Shown: positions 33,505 to 46,282 of the stretch, piece by piece
Numbering within the stretch: the first letter of the stretch is position 1
Layout of the letters: every line of letters begins with the position of its first letter
DNA from: an uncultured delta proteobacterium
GTDB taxonomy: Bacteria; Desulfobacterota; RBG-13-43-22
Direction of reading: 5' to 3'
Assembly (NCBI GenBank): GCA_963711835.1
Contig: CAVQFQ010000005.1
Location: 1-64,000 of the forward strand
Length of the DNA: 64,000 nucleotides
Notes under the pieces: model-generated
Seen by the model: only the letters and a program-made list of their open reading frames with translations
Database searches by the model: none
What the model was told of the DNA's origin: nothing
Position numbers and translations under genes: made by a program

Positions 33505-34235
33505 GGCGCGGTGATGCGATCCGCCGACTGGCCATCGATCCGGCCTGAGCGCAGCCGCACCACCCGATCGCAGCGTTGCGCCAGCGAGGTGTCGTGGGTC
33601 ACCAGCACCAGCGTCATGCCGCGCTCGGTGTGTTTGGTGAACAAGAGATCGACGATCTGCTTGCCGGTGGCTTCGTCGAGATTTCCGGTGGGCTCATCCG
33701 CCACCAGGATGGCGGGATCGGGCGCCAGCGCGCGGGCAAGGGCCACGCGCTGCTGCTCTCCGCCGGACAATTGCGTGGGGTAGTGATGCAGGCGGTCGCC
33801 GAGGCCGACCGATGTCAATTCCTGCGCCGCGCGCCGCGAGGCATCGGGATTGCCCGCCAGTTCCAGCGGCACCGCGACATTTTCCAGCGCTGTCATGGTC
33901 GGGATCAGGTGGAACGACTGGAACACGATGCCGACCTGGCGGCCGCGGAAGCGCGCCAGCGCGTCCTCGTCGAGGGCATTGAAAGGGGTACCGTTGACCA
34001 CCACTTCTCCGCTGTCGGGACGTTCCAGTCCCGCCATCACCATCAGCAAGGTGGATTTGCCCGAGCCTGACGGTCCGATCAGGCCGATCGCTTCCCCCGA
34101 CGCCACGCGCAGGCTGATATCCTTGAGGATGTGAACGCGGGCGGCGCCCGCGCCGAGCGAGAGATTGACGTTCGAGATGGCGATGCTGTCCGGCTCGAGG
34201 CCGGCGAATGACGAGGGTTCGATGAGACTGTCCAT
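33501..34235 (-). CDS. ABC transporter ATP-binding protein (YbbA-like)
   Basis: GPSGSGKST, VFQSFHL, LSGGEQQR, ADEPTGNLD. Confidence 0.93.
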   Translation of the reverse strand: MDSLIEPSSFAGLEPDSIAISNVNLSLGAGAARVHILKDISLRVASGEAIGLIGPSGSGKSTLLMVMAGLERPDSGEVVVNGTPFNALDEDALARFRGRQVGIVFQSFHLIPTMTALENVAVPLELAGNPDASRRAAQELTSVGLGDRLHHYPTQLSGGEQQRVALARALAPDPAILVADEPTGNLDEATGKQIVDLLFTKHTERGMTLVLVTHDTSLAQRCDRVVRLRSGRIDGQSADRITAP

Positions 34236-34959
34236 GGCTCGGTCATATGGCACTTCCGCCGCCCCGGTCGAGGGGCAGCGGCGGATGTTCGTGCACATGC
34301 TCGTGTTGGGCCTGCTGTTTTTGGGCCTCGCCGGGGAACTGGCGATCGCGCCATCGGCCGGCGCGCAAACGCCCGAGGGCCACGGCGCGAAGCCGATCAA
34401 GCTGGTCATGCTGGGCGATTCGCTAACCGCGGGCTATGGCCTGCCGGGACCCGCAGCCTTCCCGGCGCAGCTCCAAAAAGCGTTGAAATCCAATGGGATA
34501 GATGTAGACATGATCAACGCCGGGGTCTCCGGCGATACCAGTTCCGGTGGCCGTGACCGGCTCGACTGGTCGGTGCCCGAAGGGACTGAGGCTGTCATCG
34601 TCGAGCTTGGCGCCAACGATGCGTTGCGCGGCATCGATCCCAAGATCACCCGCGAAGCGCTTTCGGACATCCTGACCCGGCTGAAGGCGCGCAAGATCGC
34701 GGTCCTGCTGTGCGGAATGCTCGCGCCACCGAATTACGGCAGCGATTATGCCGCCCGCTTCAACACTATCTATCCGGATCTTTCGAAATCGTTCGGGGTG
34801 CCGCTGTATCCGTTTTTCCTTGAGGGCGTCGCAAGCGATGCCAAGCTCAACCAGACGGACGGCTTGCACCCGACGGAGGAGGGAGTTGATGTGATCGTTA
34901 AAAACATCTTGCCCACGGTGCAGGCATTTCTTGGCGCGTTACCCGGGCAACGGAGTTGA
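34234..34959 (+). CDS. Arylesterase / SGNH-GDSL hydrolase (TesA-like)
   Basis: GDSLTAGYG, AGVSGDT, ELGAND, DGLHP; start codon uncertain. Confidence 0.92.
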   Translation: MARSYGTSAAPVEGQRRMFVHMLVLGLLFLGLAGELAIAPSAGAQTPEGHGAKPIKLVMLGDSLTAGYGLPGPAAFPAQLQKALKSNGIDVDMINAGVSGDTSSGGRDRLDWSVPEGTEAVIVELGANDALRGIDPKITREALSDILTRLKARKIAVLLCGMLAPPNYGSDYAARFNTIYPDLSKSFGVPLYPFFLEGVASDAKLNQTDGLHPTEEGVDVIVKNILPTVQAFLGALPGQRS

Positions 34960-35136
34960 AAAAAGGGCAGCGATGACCCTGACACGGTGTTTTCCCGGCG
35001 CTGTCGTCGTTCGAAGGTCGCGGATGCTTCGCAGAGTCACATAAGTACGGTAGAAATCAGCATCGGTGATTCGTTGCCGGGTTTGTTACAGGGCAAGATC
35101 TTTCCGGGATCATGCCTCAGCATCGGGAGTCTTGCG

Positions 35137-35673
35137 ATGCCGCGTTTGTTTACTGGACTGGAAATTCCGGCCGAAATCGGCCAGACGCTTTCCAATATGC
35201 GTGGCGGCCTGCCGGGCGCGCGCTGGATCGACCCCGAAAATTATCATGTCACCTTGCGCTTCATCGGCGATATCGATGGCGTCGCGGCGAACGAGATCGC
35301 CTCGCTGCTGGTTCGGGTCAATCGCAAGCCGTTCGAGGTAGCGCTGCAGGGCCTGTCGAGCTTCGGCGGAAAAAAGCCGCGCGCGGTGGTGGCCCAGGTG
35401 GTGCCGAGCCGGCCGCTGATCGAATTGCAGGCCGAACTCGAACGCCTGATGCAGCGCATCGGGCTTGACCCGGAGGGGCGGAAATTCACCCCGCATGTGA
35501 CGCTGGCGCGGCTGCGCGACGCCTCCAATCAGGATGTCGCCGACTACCTGTCGGTGCGCGGCTATTTTCCGACCCGGGTGTTCACGGCCTCGCGGTTCGT
35601 GCTGTTCTCGTCCCGGGCCTCCACCGGCGGCGGGCCCTATGTGGTCGAGGATTCCTACGCGCTGAGCGCGTGA
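35137..35673 (+). CDS. thpR: RNA 2',3'-cyclic phosphodiesterase (2H family)
   Basis: HVTLRF and PHVTLAR (two HxT motifs). Confidence 0.93.
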   Translation: MPRLFTGLEIPAEIGQTLSNMRGGLPGARWIDPENYHVTLRFIGDIDGVAANEIASLLVRVNRKPFEVALQGLSSFGGKKPRAVVAQVVPSRPLIELQAELERLMQRIGLDPEGRKFTPHVTLARLRDASNQDVADYLSVRGYFPTRVFTASRFVLFSSRASTGGGPYVVEDSYALSA

Positions 35674-35766
35674 GCGGTGCACTGCTGATCCGGGACCATG
35701 ACAACGTGGTTTTCCTTGGATACGGCTCTGCGGCACCGTGAAGGACGTTGCACCGCGTCTGGGACA
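35674..35766. repeat. Degenerate palindromic repeat (GTGCACTGCTGATCCGGGAC...GCACCGCGTCTGGGACA)
   Basis: Resembles a common Bradyrhizobium intergenic repeat by eye. Confidence 0.45.
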
Positions 35767-35839
35767 TCGCAAAGCGCATAGCCCCCTGCACCAATTCGCG
35801 GCTTGCAATTTTCGCGGCAGTAGGGCCGTAAGGTGGGTC

Positions 35840-37024
35840 ATGCTGTCGACCCCGCCCGCCTCGTTCCACGCCCATTACCAGGCCCTCGTCTCCTCTGGCG
35901 CGATTGAGCCCGATTCCGCGCAGGCACGCGCCGTGGAGGCCTTTGCCGCGCTTGAGCAGCGGCTCGCAAGCTACAAGCCGGTGCGCAAGCAGGGCCTGTT
36001 CGGCCGGCTGTTTGCCGACAAGGATGAGGTACCGCCACGTGGTCTCTATATTCATGGCGAGGTTGGGCGCGGCAAGACCATGCTGATGGACGTGTTTTTT
36101 CAGCAGAGTCCAGTCGAGCACAAACGCCGCGCGCATTTCCACGAATTCATGGCCGAGGTGCACGAACGGATCCATGGCTTTCGTCAGGATATCGCGCGCG
36201 GCGAGATCGCCGATGGCGATGTGATCGCGCTCACCGCCACGTCGATTTTCGACCAGGCCTGGCTTTTATGTTTTGACGAATTTCATGTCACCGACATCGC
36301 GGACGCGATGATCCTCGGACGGCTGTTCGCCAAGCTGTTCGAACTCGGCACCGTGGTGGTGGCAACATCCAACGTAGCACCCGACGATCTCTACAAGGGA
36401 GGTCTGAACCGGGCGCTGTTCTTGCCGTTCATCGCGCAGATCTCCGATCACATGGATGTGCTGCGGCTCGATGCGCGCACCGATTTCCGGCTGGAGAAGC
36501 TGGCGGGCGTGAAAATGTGGCTGGTGCCGGCGGATGCGGCTGCCGCTGCCGCGCTCGACAAAGCGTGGTTCAAGATGACCGGCAATGCGCTGTGCAAGCC
36601 GCGCGACATCCCGATCAAGGGCCGCGTTCTGCACGTGCCGTGCTCGGCGCGTGGCGTGGCGCGATTTTCGTTCGCCGATATTTGTGAGAAGCCGCTCGCC
36701 GCATCGGATTACCTGCGGCTCGCGCATGACTATCACACCATTCTGATCGATCGCATTCCGGTCATGGATTATCCCGAGCGCAACGCCGCCAAGCGGTTCA
36801 TCGCCCTGATCGACACGCTGTATGACAATGCCGTGAAACTGATGGCGTCGGCGGAGACCGATCCGGTGTCGCTGTATCGTGCGACCGAGGGCTATGAGGC
36901 CAACGAGTTCAAGCGCACGTCGTCGCGGCTGATCGAGATGAGTTCGGAATCCTACCTGGCGCTACCCCACGGCCGCAAGGATTCCGCGGCGAGCGGCTCC
37001 AGCACGGGGTTGGTGGAGACCTGA
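35840..37024 (+). CDS. zapE: Cell division ATPase ZapE (AFG1 family)
   Basis: GEVGRGKTMLMD, CFDEFHVTDIADAMIL, ATSN, RFIALID. Confidence 0.94.
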   Translation: MLSTPPASFHAHYQALVSSGAIEPDSAQARAVEAFAALEQRLASYKPVRKQGLFGRLFADKDEVPPRGLYIHGEVGRGKTMLMDVFFQQSPVEHKRRAHFHEFMAEVHERIHGFRQDIARGEIADGDVIALTATSIFDQAWLLCFDEFHVTDIADAMILGRLFAKLFELGTVVVATSNVAPDDLYKGGLNRALFLPFIAQISDHMDVLRLDARTDFRLEKLAGVKMWLVPADAAAAAALDKAWFKMTGNALCKPRDIPIKGRVLHVPCSARGVARFSFADICEKPLAASDYLRLAHDYHTILIDRIPVMDYPERNAAKRFIALIDTLYDNAVKLMASAETDPVSLYRATEGYEANEFKRTSSRLIEMSSESYLALPHGRKDSAASGSSTGLVET

Positions 37025-37076
37025 CGGCCTGATCGAAATCGAGGCAGTGCCGACAATTGGGCACGGCCCGACTTGA

Positions 37077-38126
<1,050 letters not shown>

Positions 38127-38173
38127 TCGCATCCGATCCGCATTGATCGTTTAGGGTTTCCGGGGGCCGTCCA

Positions 38174-39370
38174 ATGAATATCCATGAATACCAGGCCAAG
38201 GCGCTGCTGCACGAATTCGGCGTGCCGATTTCGAAGGGTGTGCCGGTGCTCCGGGCCGCCGATTCCGACGCGGCCGCGAAAACGCTTGGCGGCCCGATCT
38301 GGGTGGTGAAGAGCCAGATCCACGCTGGCGGCCGCGGCAAGGGCAAGTTCAAGGAAGCCTCGGCCGGTGACAAGGGCGGCGTCCGCATCGCCAAATCGGT
38401 CGCCGAGGTCAATGAATTCGCCAAGCAGATGCTCGGCGCGACCTTGGTCACGGTGCAGACCGGCCCGCACGGCAAGCAGGTCAACCGGCTCTACATCGAG
38501 GAAGGCTCCGACATCGACAAGGAGTTCTATCTCTCGATCCTGGTCAACCGCGAAACCTCCGAAGTGTCGTTCGTGGTCTCCACCGAAGGCGGCGTCAACA
38601 TCGAGGACGTCGCGCATCATACACCGGAAAAGATCGTGACGTTCTCGGTCGATCCGGCCACCGGCATCATGGCGCATCACGGCCGCACCGTCGCCAAGGC
38701 GTTGAACCTGACCGGCGACCTCGCCAAGCAGGCGGAAAAACTGGTGGCGCAGCTCTATGCCGCTTTCGTCGCCAAGGACATGGCTATGCTGGAAATCAAT
38801 CCGCTGGTTGTCACCAAGCAGGGCGACCTGCGGGTGCTCGACGCCAAGGTGACGTTTGACGGCAACGCGCTCTATCGGCATCCCGACGTGGTGGCGCTGC
38901 GCGACGTGACCGAGGAAGACGCCAAGGAAATCGAAGCCTCCAAATACGACCTCAACTACGTCACCCTCGACGGTAATATCGGGTGCATGGTCAACGGCGC
39001 CGGCCTTGCGATGGCGACGATGGACATCATCAAGCTCTACGGTATGGCGCCGGCGAATTTCCTCGACGTCGGCGGCGGCGCCGACAAGACCAAGGTCACC
39101 GCCGCATTCAAGATCATCACCGCCGATCCCAACGTGAAGGGCATTCTGGTCAATATCTTCGGCGGCATCATGAAATGCGACATCATCGCCGAGGGCGTGG
39201 TCGCCGCGGTGAAGGAAGCCGGATTGAAGGTGCCGCTGGTGGTGCGTCTGGAAGGCACCAATGTCGATGCCGGCAAGAAGATCATCCGGGAAAGTGGCCT
39301 CAACGTGCTGCCGGCGGACGATCTCGACGATGCCGCGCAGAAAATCGTCAAGGCCGTGAAGGGAGGCTAA
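38174..39370 (+). CDS. sucC: Succinyl-CoA ligase beta subunit
   Basis: [37 protein letters not shown]. Confidence 0.99.
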   Translation: MNIHEYQAKALLHEFGVPISKGVPVLRAADSDAAAKTLGGPIWVVKSQIHAGGRGKGKFKEASAGDKGGVRIAKSVAEVNEFAKQMLGATLVTVQTGPHGKQVNRLYIEEGSDIDKEFYLSILVNRETSEVSFVVSTEGGVNIEDVAHHTPEKIVTFSVDPATGIMAHHGRTVAKALNLTGDLAKQAEKLVAQLYAAFVAKDMAMLEINPLVVTKQGDLRVLDAKVTFDGNALYRHPDVVALRDVTEEDAKEIEASKYDLNYVTLDGNIGCMVNGAGLAMATMDIIKLYGMAPANFLDVGGGADKTKVTAAFKIITADPNVKGILVNIFGGIMKCDIIAEGVVAAVKEAGLKVPLVVRLEGTNVDAGKKIIRESGLNVLPADDLDDAAQKIVKAVKGG

Positions 39371-39374
39371 GCCG

Positions 39375-39854
39375 ATGGCCGAGGACCACCTCGCCGCACC
39401 GACGCCACTGGAAGAGCATCGCAAGCTTGCCGTGTTCGCGGGCGAGTGGAGCGGCGAAGAGATGGTCTATCCGTCGCGCTGGACCGCGGGAGGACCGGCC
39501 ACTTCGCATGTCACGGCCCGGATCGATCTCAACGGTTTTTATCTGATTCAGGACACCCGCCAGATTCGCGACGGCAGGGAAACCTTCGCCACCCACGGCG
39601 TGTTCACCTATGACCGCGAGGATCGGCTTTACAAATTGTTCTGGCACGATTCGCTGGGCTATTACCCGCCGTCGCCGGCCTCGGGCGGCTGGAGCGGCAA
39701 GAGCTTGATCCTGGTGCGCGGTTCGCTGCGCGGCAATGCGCGCCATGTCTATGAAGTCATCGACGACAAATCCTACACCATGAAAATCCAGTTTTCGCCC
39801 GACGCCGAAGGGTGGACCGACGTGCTCACCGGCGTTTACCGGCGAATCAACTGA
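39375..39854 (+). CDS. DUF1579-like beta-barrel hypothetical protein
   Basis: [18 protein letters not shown]-terminus and beta-rich pattern; clean ORF with SD between sucC and sucD. Confidence 0.7.
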   Translation: MAEDHLAAPTPLEEHRKLAVFAGEWSGEEMVYPSRWTAGGPATSHVTARIDLNGFYLIQDTRQIRDGRETFATHGVFTYDREDRLYKLFWHDSLGYYPPSPASGGWSGKSLILVRGSLRGNARHVYEVIDDKSYTMKIQFSPDAEGWTDVLTGVYRRIN

Positions 39855-39890
39855 ACCCTGACCGCATCCCCCGCGAAAGCAATCTCAACC

Positions 39891-40775
39891 ATGTCCATCC
39901 TGATCGACAAAAATACCAAAGTCATTTGCCAGGGTTTTACGGGCAAGAACGGCACCTTTCATTCCGAGGCGGCGATCGCGTATGGCACCAAGATGGTCGG
40001 CGGCGTGTCGCCGGGTAAAGGCGGCGCGACGCATCTCGGTCTGCCGGTGTTCGACACCGTCGCTGAGGCGCGCGAAAAAACCGGTGCCGATGCATCGGTG
40101 ATCTATGTGCCGCCGCCCGGTGCTGCGGATGCGATCTGTGAAGCCATCGATGCCGAGATTCCGCTGATCGTCTGCATTACCGAGGGTATCCCGGTGCTCG
40201 ACATGGTGCGGGTGAAGCGCTCGCTCTCCGGATCGAAATCGCGGCTGATCGGCCCGAACTGCCCGGGCGTGATGACCGCGGGCGAATGCAAGATCGGCAT
40301 CATGCCGGCCAATATCTTCAAGCCCGGCAATGTCGGCATCGTTTCGCGCTCGGGCACGCTGACTTATGAAGCGGTGTTCCAGACCACCCAGGAAGGCCTC
40401 GGCCAGACCACCGCGGTCGGGATCGGCGGCGATCCGGTCAAGGGCACCGAATTCATCGCGGTGCTGGAAATGTTCCTGGCCGATCCCAAGACCGTCTCGA
40501 TCGTGATGATCGGCGAGATCGGCGGTTCGGCCGAGGAGGACGCCGCGCAGTTCCTCAAGGACGAAGCCAAGCGCGGCCGCAAGAAGCCGGTGGTCGGCTT
40601 TATCGCCGGGGTCACAGCGCCTCCCGGGCGCCGCATGGGCCACGCCGGCGCGATCATCTCCGGCGGCAAAGGCGACGCCGGTTCCAAGACCGCGGCGATG
40701 GAATCGGCCGGAATTACGGTCTCGCCATCGCCCGCGCGGCTCGGGCACACGCTTGTCGAAAAATTGAAGTCTTAA
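39891..40775 (+). CDS. sucD: Succinyl-CoA ligase alpha subunit
   Basis: [26 protein letters not shown]. Confidence 0.99.
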   Translation: MSILIDKNTKVICQGFTGKNGTFHSEAAIAYGTKMVGGVSPGKGGATHLGLPVFDTVAEAREKTGADASVIYVPPPGAADAICEAIDAEIPLIVCITEGIPVLDMVRVKRSLSGSKSRLIGPNCPGVMTAGECKIGIMPANIFKPGNVGIVSRSGTLTYEAVFQTTQEGLGQTTAVGIGGDPVKGTEFIAVLEMFLADPKTVSIVMIGEIGGSAEEDAAQFLKDEAKRGRKKPVVGFIAGVTAPPGRRMGHAGAIISGGKGDAGSKTAAMESAGITVSPSPARLGHTLVEKLKS

Positions 40776-40908
40776 TTCAATTCTTGGTCCTTTTCAGCGC
40801 GAACATTCGCGTTATATAGATTAAAAGGTCGCTATCACGCTGATCCGGTGCCTGGATCGGCTGTTGCGCCGTCTTCCATGCGCGAACCGAAATCACCAGG
40901 ACGCAATC

Positions 40909-43884
40909 ATGTCTCGCCAAGACGCGAATGCCGCATTTGCTCTCTCCTCGTTCCTCCAGGGAACCAACGCCCCCTACATTGACGACATCTACGCCCGCTA
41001 CGAGAAGGACCCCGCCTCGGTCGATGCCGAGTGGCAGGAGTTTTTCAAGAGCCTGAAGGACAAGCCGGCCGACGTCCTGAAAAACGCCGAAGGACCGTCC
41101 TGGGGCCGGGACAACTGGCCGCTGACGCCGCGCGACGATCTGACCTCCGCGCTCGACGGCAACTGGGCCGAAGTCGAAAAAATCATCGGCGGCAAGCTCG
41201 CGGCCAAGGCCCAGGCCAGCGCTCCGACCAAGGGCGCCGTGGCGGTGACGGCCGACGTCCATCAGGCGACGCGCGACTCGGTGCGCGCCCTGATGCTGAT
41301 CAGGGCCTACCGCATGCGCGGCCATTTCCACGCCAAGCTCGACCCGCTCGGGATCGAGCCGCCGCGCGATCGTGAGGAACTCGATCCGCGCTCCTACGGC
41401 TTTGCGGAGGGCGATTTCGACCGCAAGATCTTCCTCGATCACGTGCTCGGCCTGGAATACGCCAGCCTGCGCGAGATCGTCGCGATCTGCGAACGCACCT
41501 ACTGCCAGACGCTCGGCGTCGAGTTCATGCACATCACCAACGCGGCGCAAAAGGCCTGGATTCAGGAGCGCATCGAGGGTCCGGACAAGGAAATCAGTTT
41601 CACCCGCGAGGGCCGCCGCGCCATCCTGATGAAGCTGGTCGAGGCTGAAGGCTTCGAGAAATTCTGCGATCTCAAATTCACCGGCACCAAGCGCTTTGGT
41701 CTGGACGGCGCAGAATCGCTGATCCCGGCGCTGGAACAGATCATCAAGCGCGGCGGCAATCTCGGCGTAAAGGAAATCGTGGTCGGCATGCCGCATCGCG
41801 GCCGCCTCAACGTGCTGACGCAGGTGATGGGCAAGCCGCACCGCGCGCTGTTTCATGAATTCAAGGGCGGCTCCGCCAACCCCGACGCCGTCGAGGGCTC
41901 CGGCGACGTCAAATATCACCTCGGGGCATCGTCGGACCGCGAGTTCGACAACAACCGGATCCACCTGTCGCTGACCGCCAATCCGTCGCATCTGGAGATC
42001 GTCGATCCCGTGGTGCTCGGCAAGGTGCGCGCCAAGCAGGATCAGCATGGCGATCCGCCGGACCAGCGTATTTCGGTGTTGCCGCTGTTGATGCACGGGG
42101 ATGCGGCGTTCGCCGGGCAGGGCGTGGTGGCGGAATGCTTCGGCCTGTCCGACCTGAAAGGCTACCGCACCGGCGGCTCGCTGCATTTCATCGTCAACAA
42201 CCAGATCGGGTTTACGACCTATCCGCGCTATTCGCGCTCCTCGCCCTATCCGTCCGATGTGGCGAAGATGATCGACGCGCCGATCTTCCATGTGAACGGC
42301 GACGATCCGGAAGCGGTGGTGTTCGCGGCCAAGGTCGCGATCGAGTTCCGGCAGAAATTCCACAAGCCGGTTGTGATCGATATGTTCTGCTATCGCAGGC
42401 ACGGTCACAACGAAGGCGACGAGCCGATGTTCACCCAGCCGGTGATGTACAAGAAGATCGCGACGCATCCGACCACGCTCGAGATCTATTCCAGGCGCCT
42501 GATCGCCGAAGGCGTGATGACCGAGGGCGAGGTCGAGAAGGCCAAGGCCGACTGGCGCGCCCGGCTCGATGCCGAGCTTGAGGCCGGCTCCGGCTACAAG
42601 CCCAACAAGGCCGACTGGCTCGACGGCAAGTGGGCCGGGTTCAAGTCGGCGGATCAGGAGGAGGATCCGCGCCGCGGCGTTACCGGCGTCGACGTCGCCG
42701 AATTGAAGGCTATCGGCCGCAAGATCACCAAGGTGCCCGATGGGTTCAGGGTTCACCGCACCGTGCAGCGGTTTCTGGAAAACCGGGCCAAGGCGATCGA
42801 TACCGGGGTCGGGCTCGATTGGGCCACCGGCGAGGCGCTGGCGTTCTGCACCCTGCTGGAGGAAGGCCATCACGTCCGGCTGTCCTGGCCAGGACAGCGA
42901 GCGCGGCACCTTCTCGCAACGGCACTCGGTGCTGATCGACCAGGAAGACGAGAACCGCTACACGCCGTTCAATCATCTCGGCGGTGATCAGGGGCATTAC
43001 GAGGTCATCAACTCGCTGCTCTCGGAAGAAGCGGTGCTCGGCTTCGAATACGGCGTATTCGCTGGCGGAGCCGAAGGCGCTGACGATCTGGGAAGCGCAG
43101 TTCGGCGACTTCGCCAACGGTGCGCAGGTGCTGTTCGACCAGTTCATCTCGTCGGGCGAGCGCAAATGGCTGCGGATGTCGGGCCTCGATGTCTGCATGC
43201 TGCCGGCATGGCTATGAAGGCCAGGGACCGGAGCATTCTTCCGCAAGGCTCGAACGCTTCCTGCAGATGTGCGCCGAAGACAATATGCAGGTGGTCTATG
43301 CCACTACGCCGGCGAATTTCTTCCACGTGCTGCGGCGTCAATTGCATCGCGAGATCCGCAAGCCCTTGATCCTGATGACGCCGAAGTCGCTGCTGCGGCA
43401 CAAGCGCGCGGTGTCGCGGCTCGATGAAATGGGCGCCAACACCACCTTCCATCGGCTGCTCTACGATGACGCGGCGATGCAGCCCGACGAAAAGATCAAG
43501 CTCGTGAGCGACGACAAGATCCGCCGCGTCGTGCTGTGTTCGGGCAAGGTCTATTACGACATCTACGACGAGCGCGAAAAGCGCGGCATCGACGATGTCT
43601 ACATCATGCGGGTCGAGCAGCTTTATCCGGTGCCGTTGAAGGCGCTGGTGCAGGAACTCGGACGCTTCAAGAATGCCGAACTGGTCTGGTGCCAGGAAGA
43701 GCCGCGCAACATGGGCGCGTGGCACTTCATCGAGCCCTATCTCGAATGGGTGCTGAACCAGATCAACGCGCCGAACAAGCGTCCGCGCTACGCCGGACGC
43801 GCCGCGGCCGCGGCGACGGCCACCGGTTTGATGACCAAGCATCTGGCGCAGCTCAAGGCTTTGCTGGACGAGGCCCTGAACTAG
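40909..43884 (+). CDS. sucA: 2-oxoglutarate dehydrogenase E1; several frameshifts at ~42885-43210 (likely sequencing errors)
   Basis: [45 protein letters not shown] and [14 protein letters not shown] spread across frames. Confidence 0.96.
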
Positions 43885-43887
43885 TTA

Positions 43888-43981
43888 CGTCATCCTGAGG
43901 CGGTCGCGTGAGCGACCCTCGAAGGATGGCGGCTGCGTCCTTCGAGGCTCGCCGCGCCGCGGCTCGCACCTCAGGACGACG
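43888..43981. repeat. Palindromic repeat CGTCATCCTGAGG...CCTCAGGACGACG
   Basis: Nested inverted repeat; same family as 20581-20699. Confidence 0.8.
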
Positions 43982-44008
43982 CTGAAAGATTGTGAGAGGA
44001 AACAGACC

Positions 44009-45127
44009 ATGACTGAAATTCGCGTTCCGACGCTCGGCGAGTCCGTGACCGAGGCCACTATCGGCCGCTGGTTCAAGAAGGCCGGCGACGCCGTCGCGGT
44101 CGATGAACCGCTGGTCGAACTGGAGACCGACAAGGTCACCATCGAAGTGCCGGCGCCATCGGCGGGCACTCTCGGCGAGATCGCCGCCAAGGATGGCGAA
44201 ACCGTTGCCGTCGGCGCGTTGCTCGGACAGATCAATGACGGTGCGGCAGCCGCCGCCAAGCCGGCCGCTGCGCCTGCCAAGGCCGCCGCCCCGCCATCGC
44301 CCGCGACCGCAGCACCTGCTGCCGCCGCTGCGGTTCAGAAAGCGCCGCCGGCTGACGCGCCGCTGGCGCCTTCGGTGCGCAAGATATCGGCTGAAAGCGG
44401 GATCGATGCCGCCACGGTCCCCGGCTCGGGCAAGGATGGCCGCGTCACCAAGGGCGACATGCTCGCCGCGATCGAGAAGGCGGCATCGGCGCCGACGCCG
44501 GTCAATCAGCCCGCGGCCGCGGTCCAGGTCCGCGCACCGTCGCCCGCCGATGATGCCGCGCGCGAAGAGCGCGTGAAGATGACGCGGCTGCGCCAGACCA
44601 TCGCGCGCCGCCTGAAGGACGTGCAGAACACCGCGGCGATGCTGACCACCTTCAACGAGGTCGACATGAGCCACATCATGGCGATGCGCGCCCAGTACAA
44701 GGAAGTGTTCGAGAAGAAGCACGGCAGCAAACTGGGATTTATGGGCTTCTTCACCAAGGCCTGCGTGCAGGCGCTGAAGGATATTCCGGCGGCCAATGCC
44801 GAGATCGACGGCACTGATCTGATCTACAAGAATTATTATCACATCGGCGTCGCGGTCGGCACCGACAAGGGTCTGGTGGTGCCGGTAGTGCGCGATTGCG
44901 ACCGCAAGTCGATCGCCGAGATCGAAAAGAGCATCGCCGATTTCGGACGACGCGCCCGCGATGGCCAGCTCAAGATCGACGAGATGCAGGGCGGCACCTT
45001 CACCATCACCAATGGCGGCATCTACGGCTCGTTGATGTCGACGCCGATCCTGAATGCGCCGCAATCCGCCATTCTCGGCATGCACAAGATCCAGGACCGC
45101 CCGGTGGCGATCGGCGGCAAGGTCGTG
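44009..45127 (+). CDS. sucB: Dihydrolipoyllysine succinyltransferase E2, 3'-truncated at a sequence junction
   Basis: Lipoyl domain (ETDKVT), [20 protein letters not shown]. It ends at RPVAIGGKV and lacks the catalytic DHRxxDG motif. Confidence 0.95.
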
Positions 45128-45296
45128 GCGGCGAATCTGTCCTCCACGACGATCCCGACCGTGAGGTCCGGCCGGGCGCCCTTCAGGATTTCGATGGCCG
45201 GCGTGGTGGGACGCAATCACCCATCGATCGCAGCCGGACCACGGCGAGGCGGGCGCCGTGAGGAATTCGATCCAGAACTGGCGAAGTGCCCCTCAT
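45128..45296 (-). pseudogene. N-terminal fragment of a GT9 (heptosyltransferase-family) glycosyltransferase
   Basis: [55 protein letters not shown] (one indel); ATG overlaps the waaF stop; cut at the junction. Confidence 0.7.
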
Positions 45297-46280
45297 GACC
45301 GGACCAGGTCCAAGGCCGCCGCGACGACCCGGCTGACCGCCACGCGCTCCATGCAGCGATGATCGGTGGGGCATTCCCGGAGGAGACAGGGGCTGCACTC
45401 GACAGGTTCGCGAACCACCCTGGTCCAGGAGCCGACCGGGCCAGTGGCGGTCTCGTCGGTCGAGCCGAAAACCGCTACCGTCGGCACGCCGAGGGCGCAG
45501 GTGACGTGCATCGCACCGGAATCGTTCGTCAGATACACGAGGCAGCCGGCCACAAGGTCTATGAAATCCTGGAGCGACGTTTCGCCAGCGAAGTTGCGTG
45601 CTGTGGGACCGCGCGCCTCGACCAGACGCGCGACTTGTTCACAGAGTTCGCGCTCGTCCTTCGAGCCGAACACCGCCACGCTGCAATCGAGCTTCGCCGC
45701 GACCTCGGCCGCCGCCTCGGCGAATCGGCCGGGAGGCCAGCGCTTGGCGCTCCCGAACGCGGCTCCGGGGCTGACGCCAACGATCCGGCCGGGCGCGCCC
45801 GCGGTCTTCTCCAACCGGATCGGGGCATCGGAGGGATTACCGTCGAGGAGGCCCGCGCGTCTGAGCATCTCCAGGTAGTAGAAGCGTTGATGACTGGGTA
45901 TCTCGGCGGCTGCGGGCAGGCGAATGGGGTCGGTCAGCAGCAGACCGCGTCCATCCCGGTTGTACCCGATGCGCCGCGGAATGCCCGCCAGCCAGGCGAT
46001 CAGCGCGGCCTCGAAGGCATTCTGCAGGAGAATGGCGCAATCAAAGCGCTCCGGCCGGAGAGATTGAGCGGCACGCCATATGCCTCCGAGGTCCTTGGTC
46101 CCGCGGCCGGCGGTGAGAAGAATTACGCGGTCCGCGAAAGGTTCCCGCGCGTATATGTCGCCTACCCACGGTCGTGCCGGGCGGCGGTCGGCCCTCGGGA
46201 ACCGCCCTCGAATGGCCTGCAAGGCGGGCAGGCTCATGACGGCGTCCCCCACCCAATTCGTGGCGCGGACCAGAATTCTC
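45293..46280 (-). CDS. waaF: Lipopolysaccharide heptosyltransferase II (GT9); 5' end at a junction
   Basis: [50 protein letters not shown]. Confidence 0.9.
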
Positions 46281-46282
46281 GA

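Noticed and set aside
34233-34236. Overlapping divergent start codons of the ABC ATPase and arylesterase
   Set aside because: Matches the known tesA/ybbA-type divergent arrangement, and the esterase start is uncertain.
40777-42909. Long antisense ORFs (e.g. 710 aa opposite sucA; also opposite leuC, ffh, sucC)
   Set aside because: Expected shadow ORFs from high-GC codon bias; no recognisable motifs.
44009-45298. SucB with a novel C-terminal extension
   Set aside because: The extension is antisense read-through into the GT9 fragment beyond the junction.
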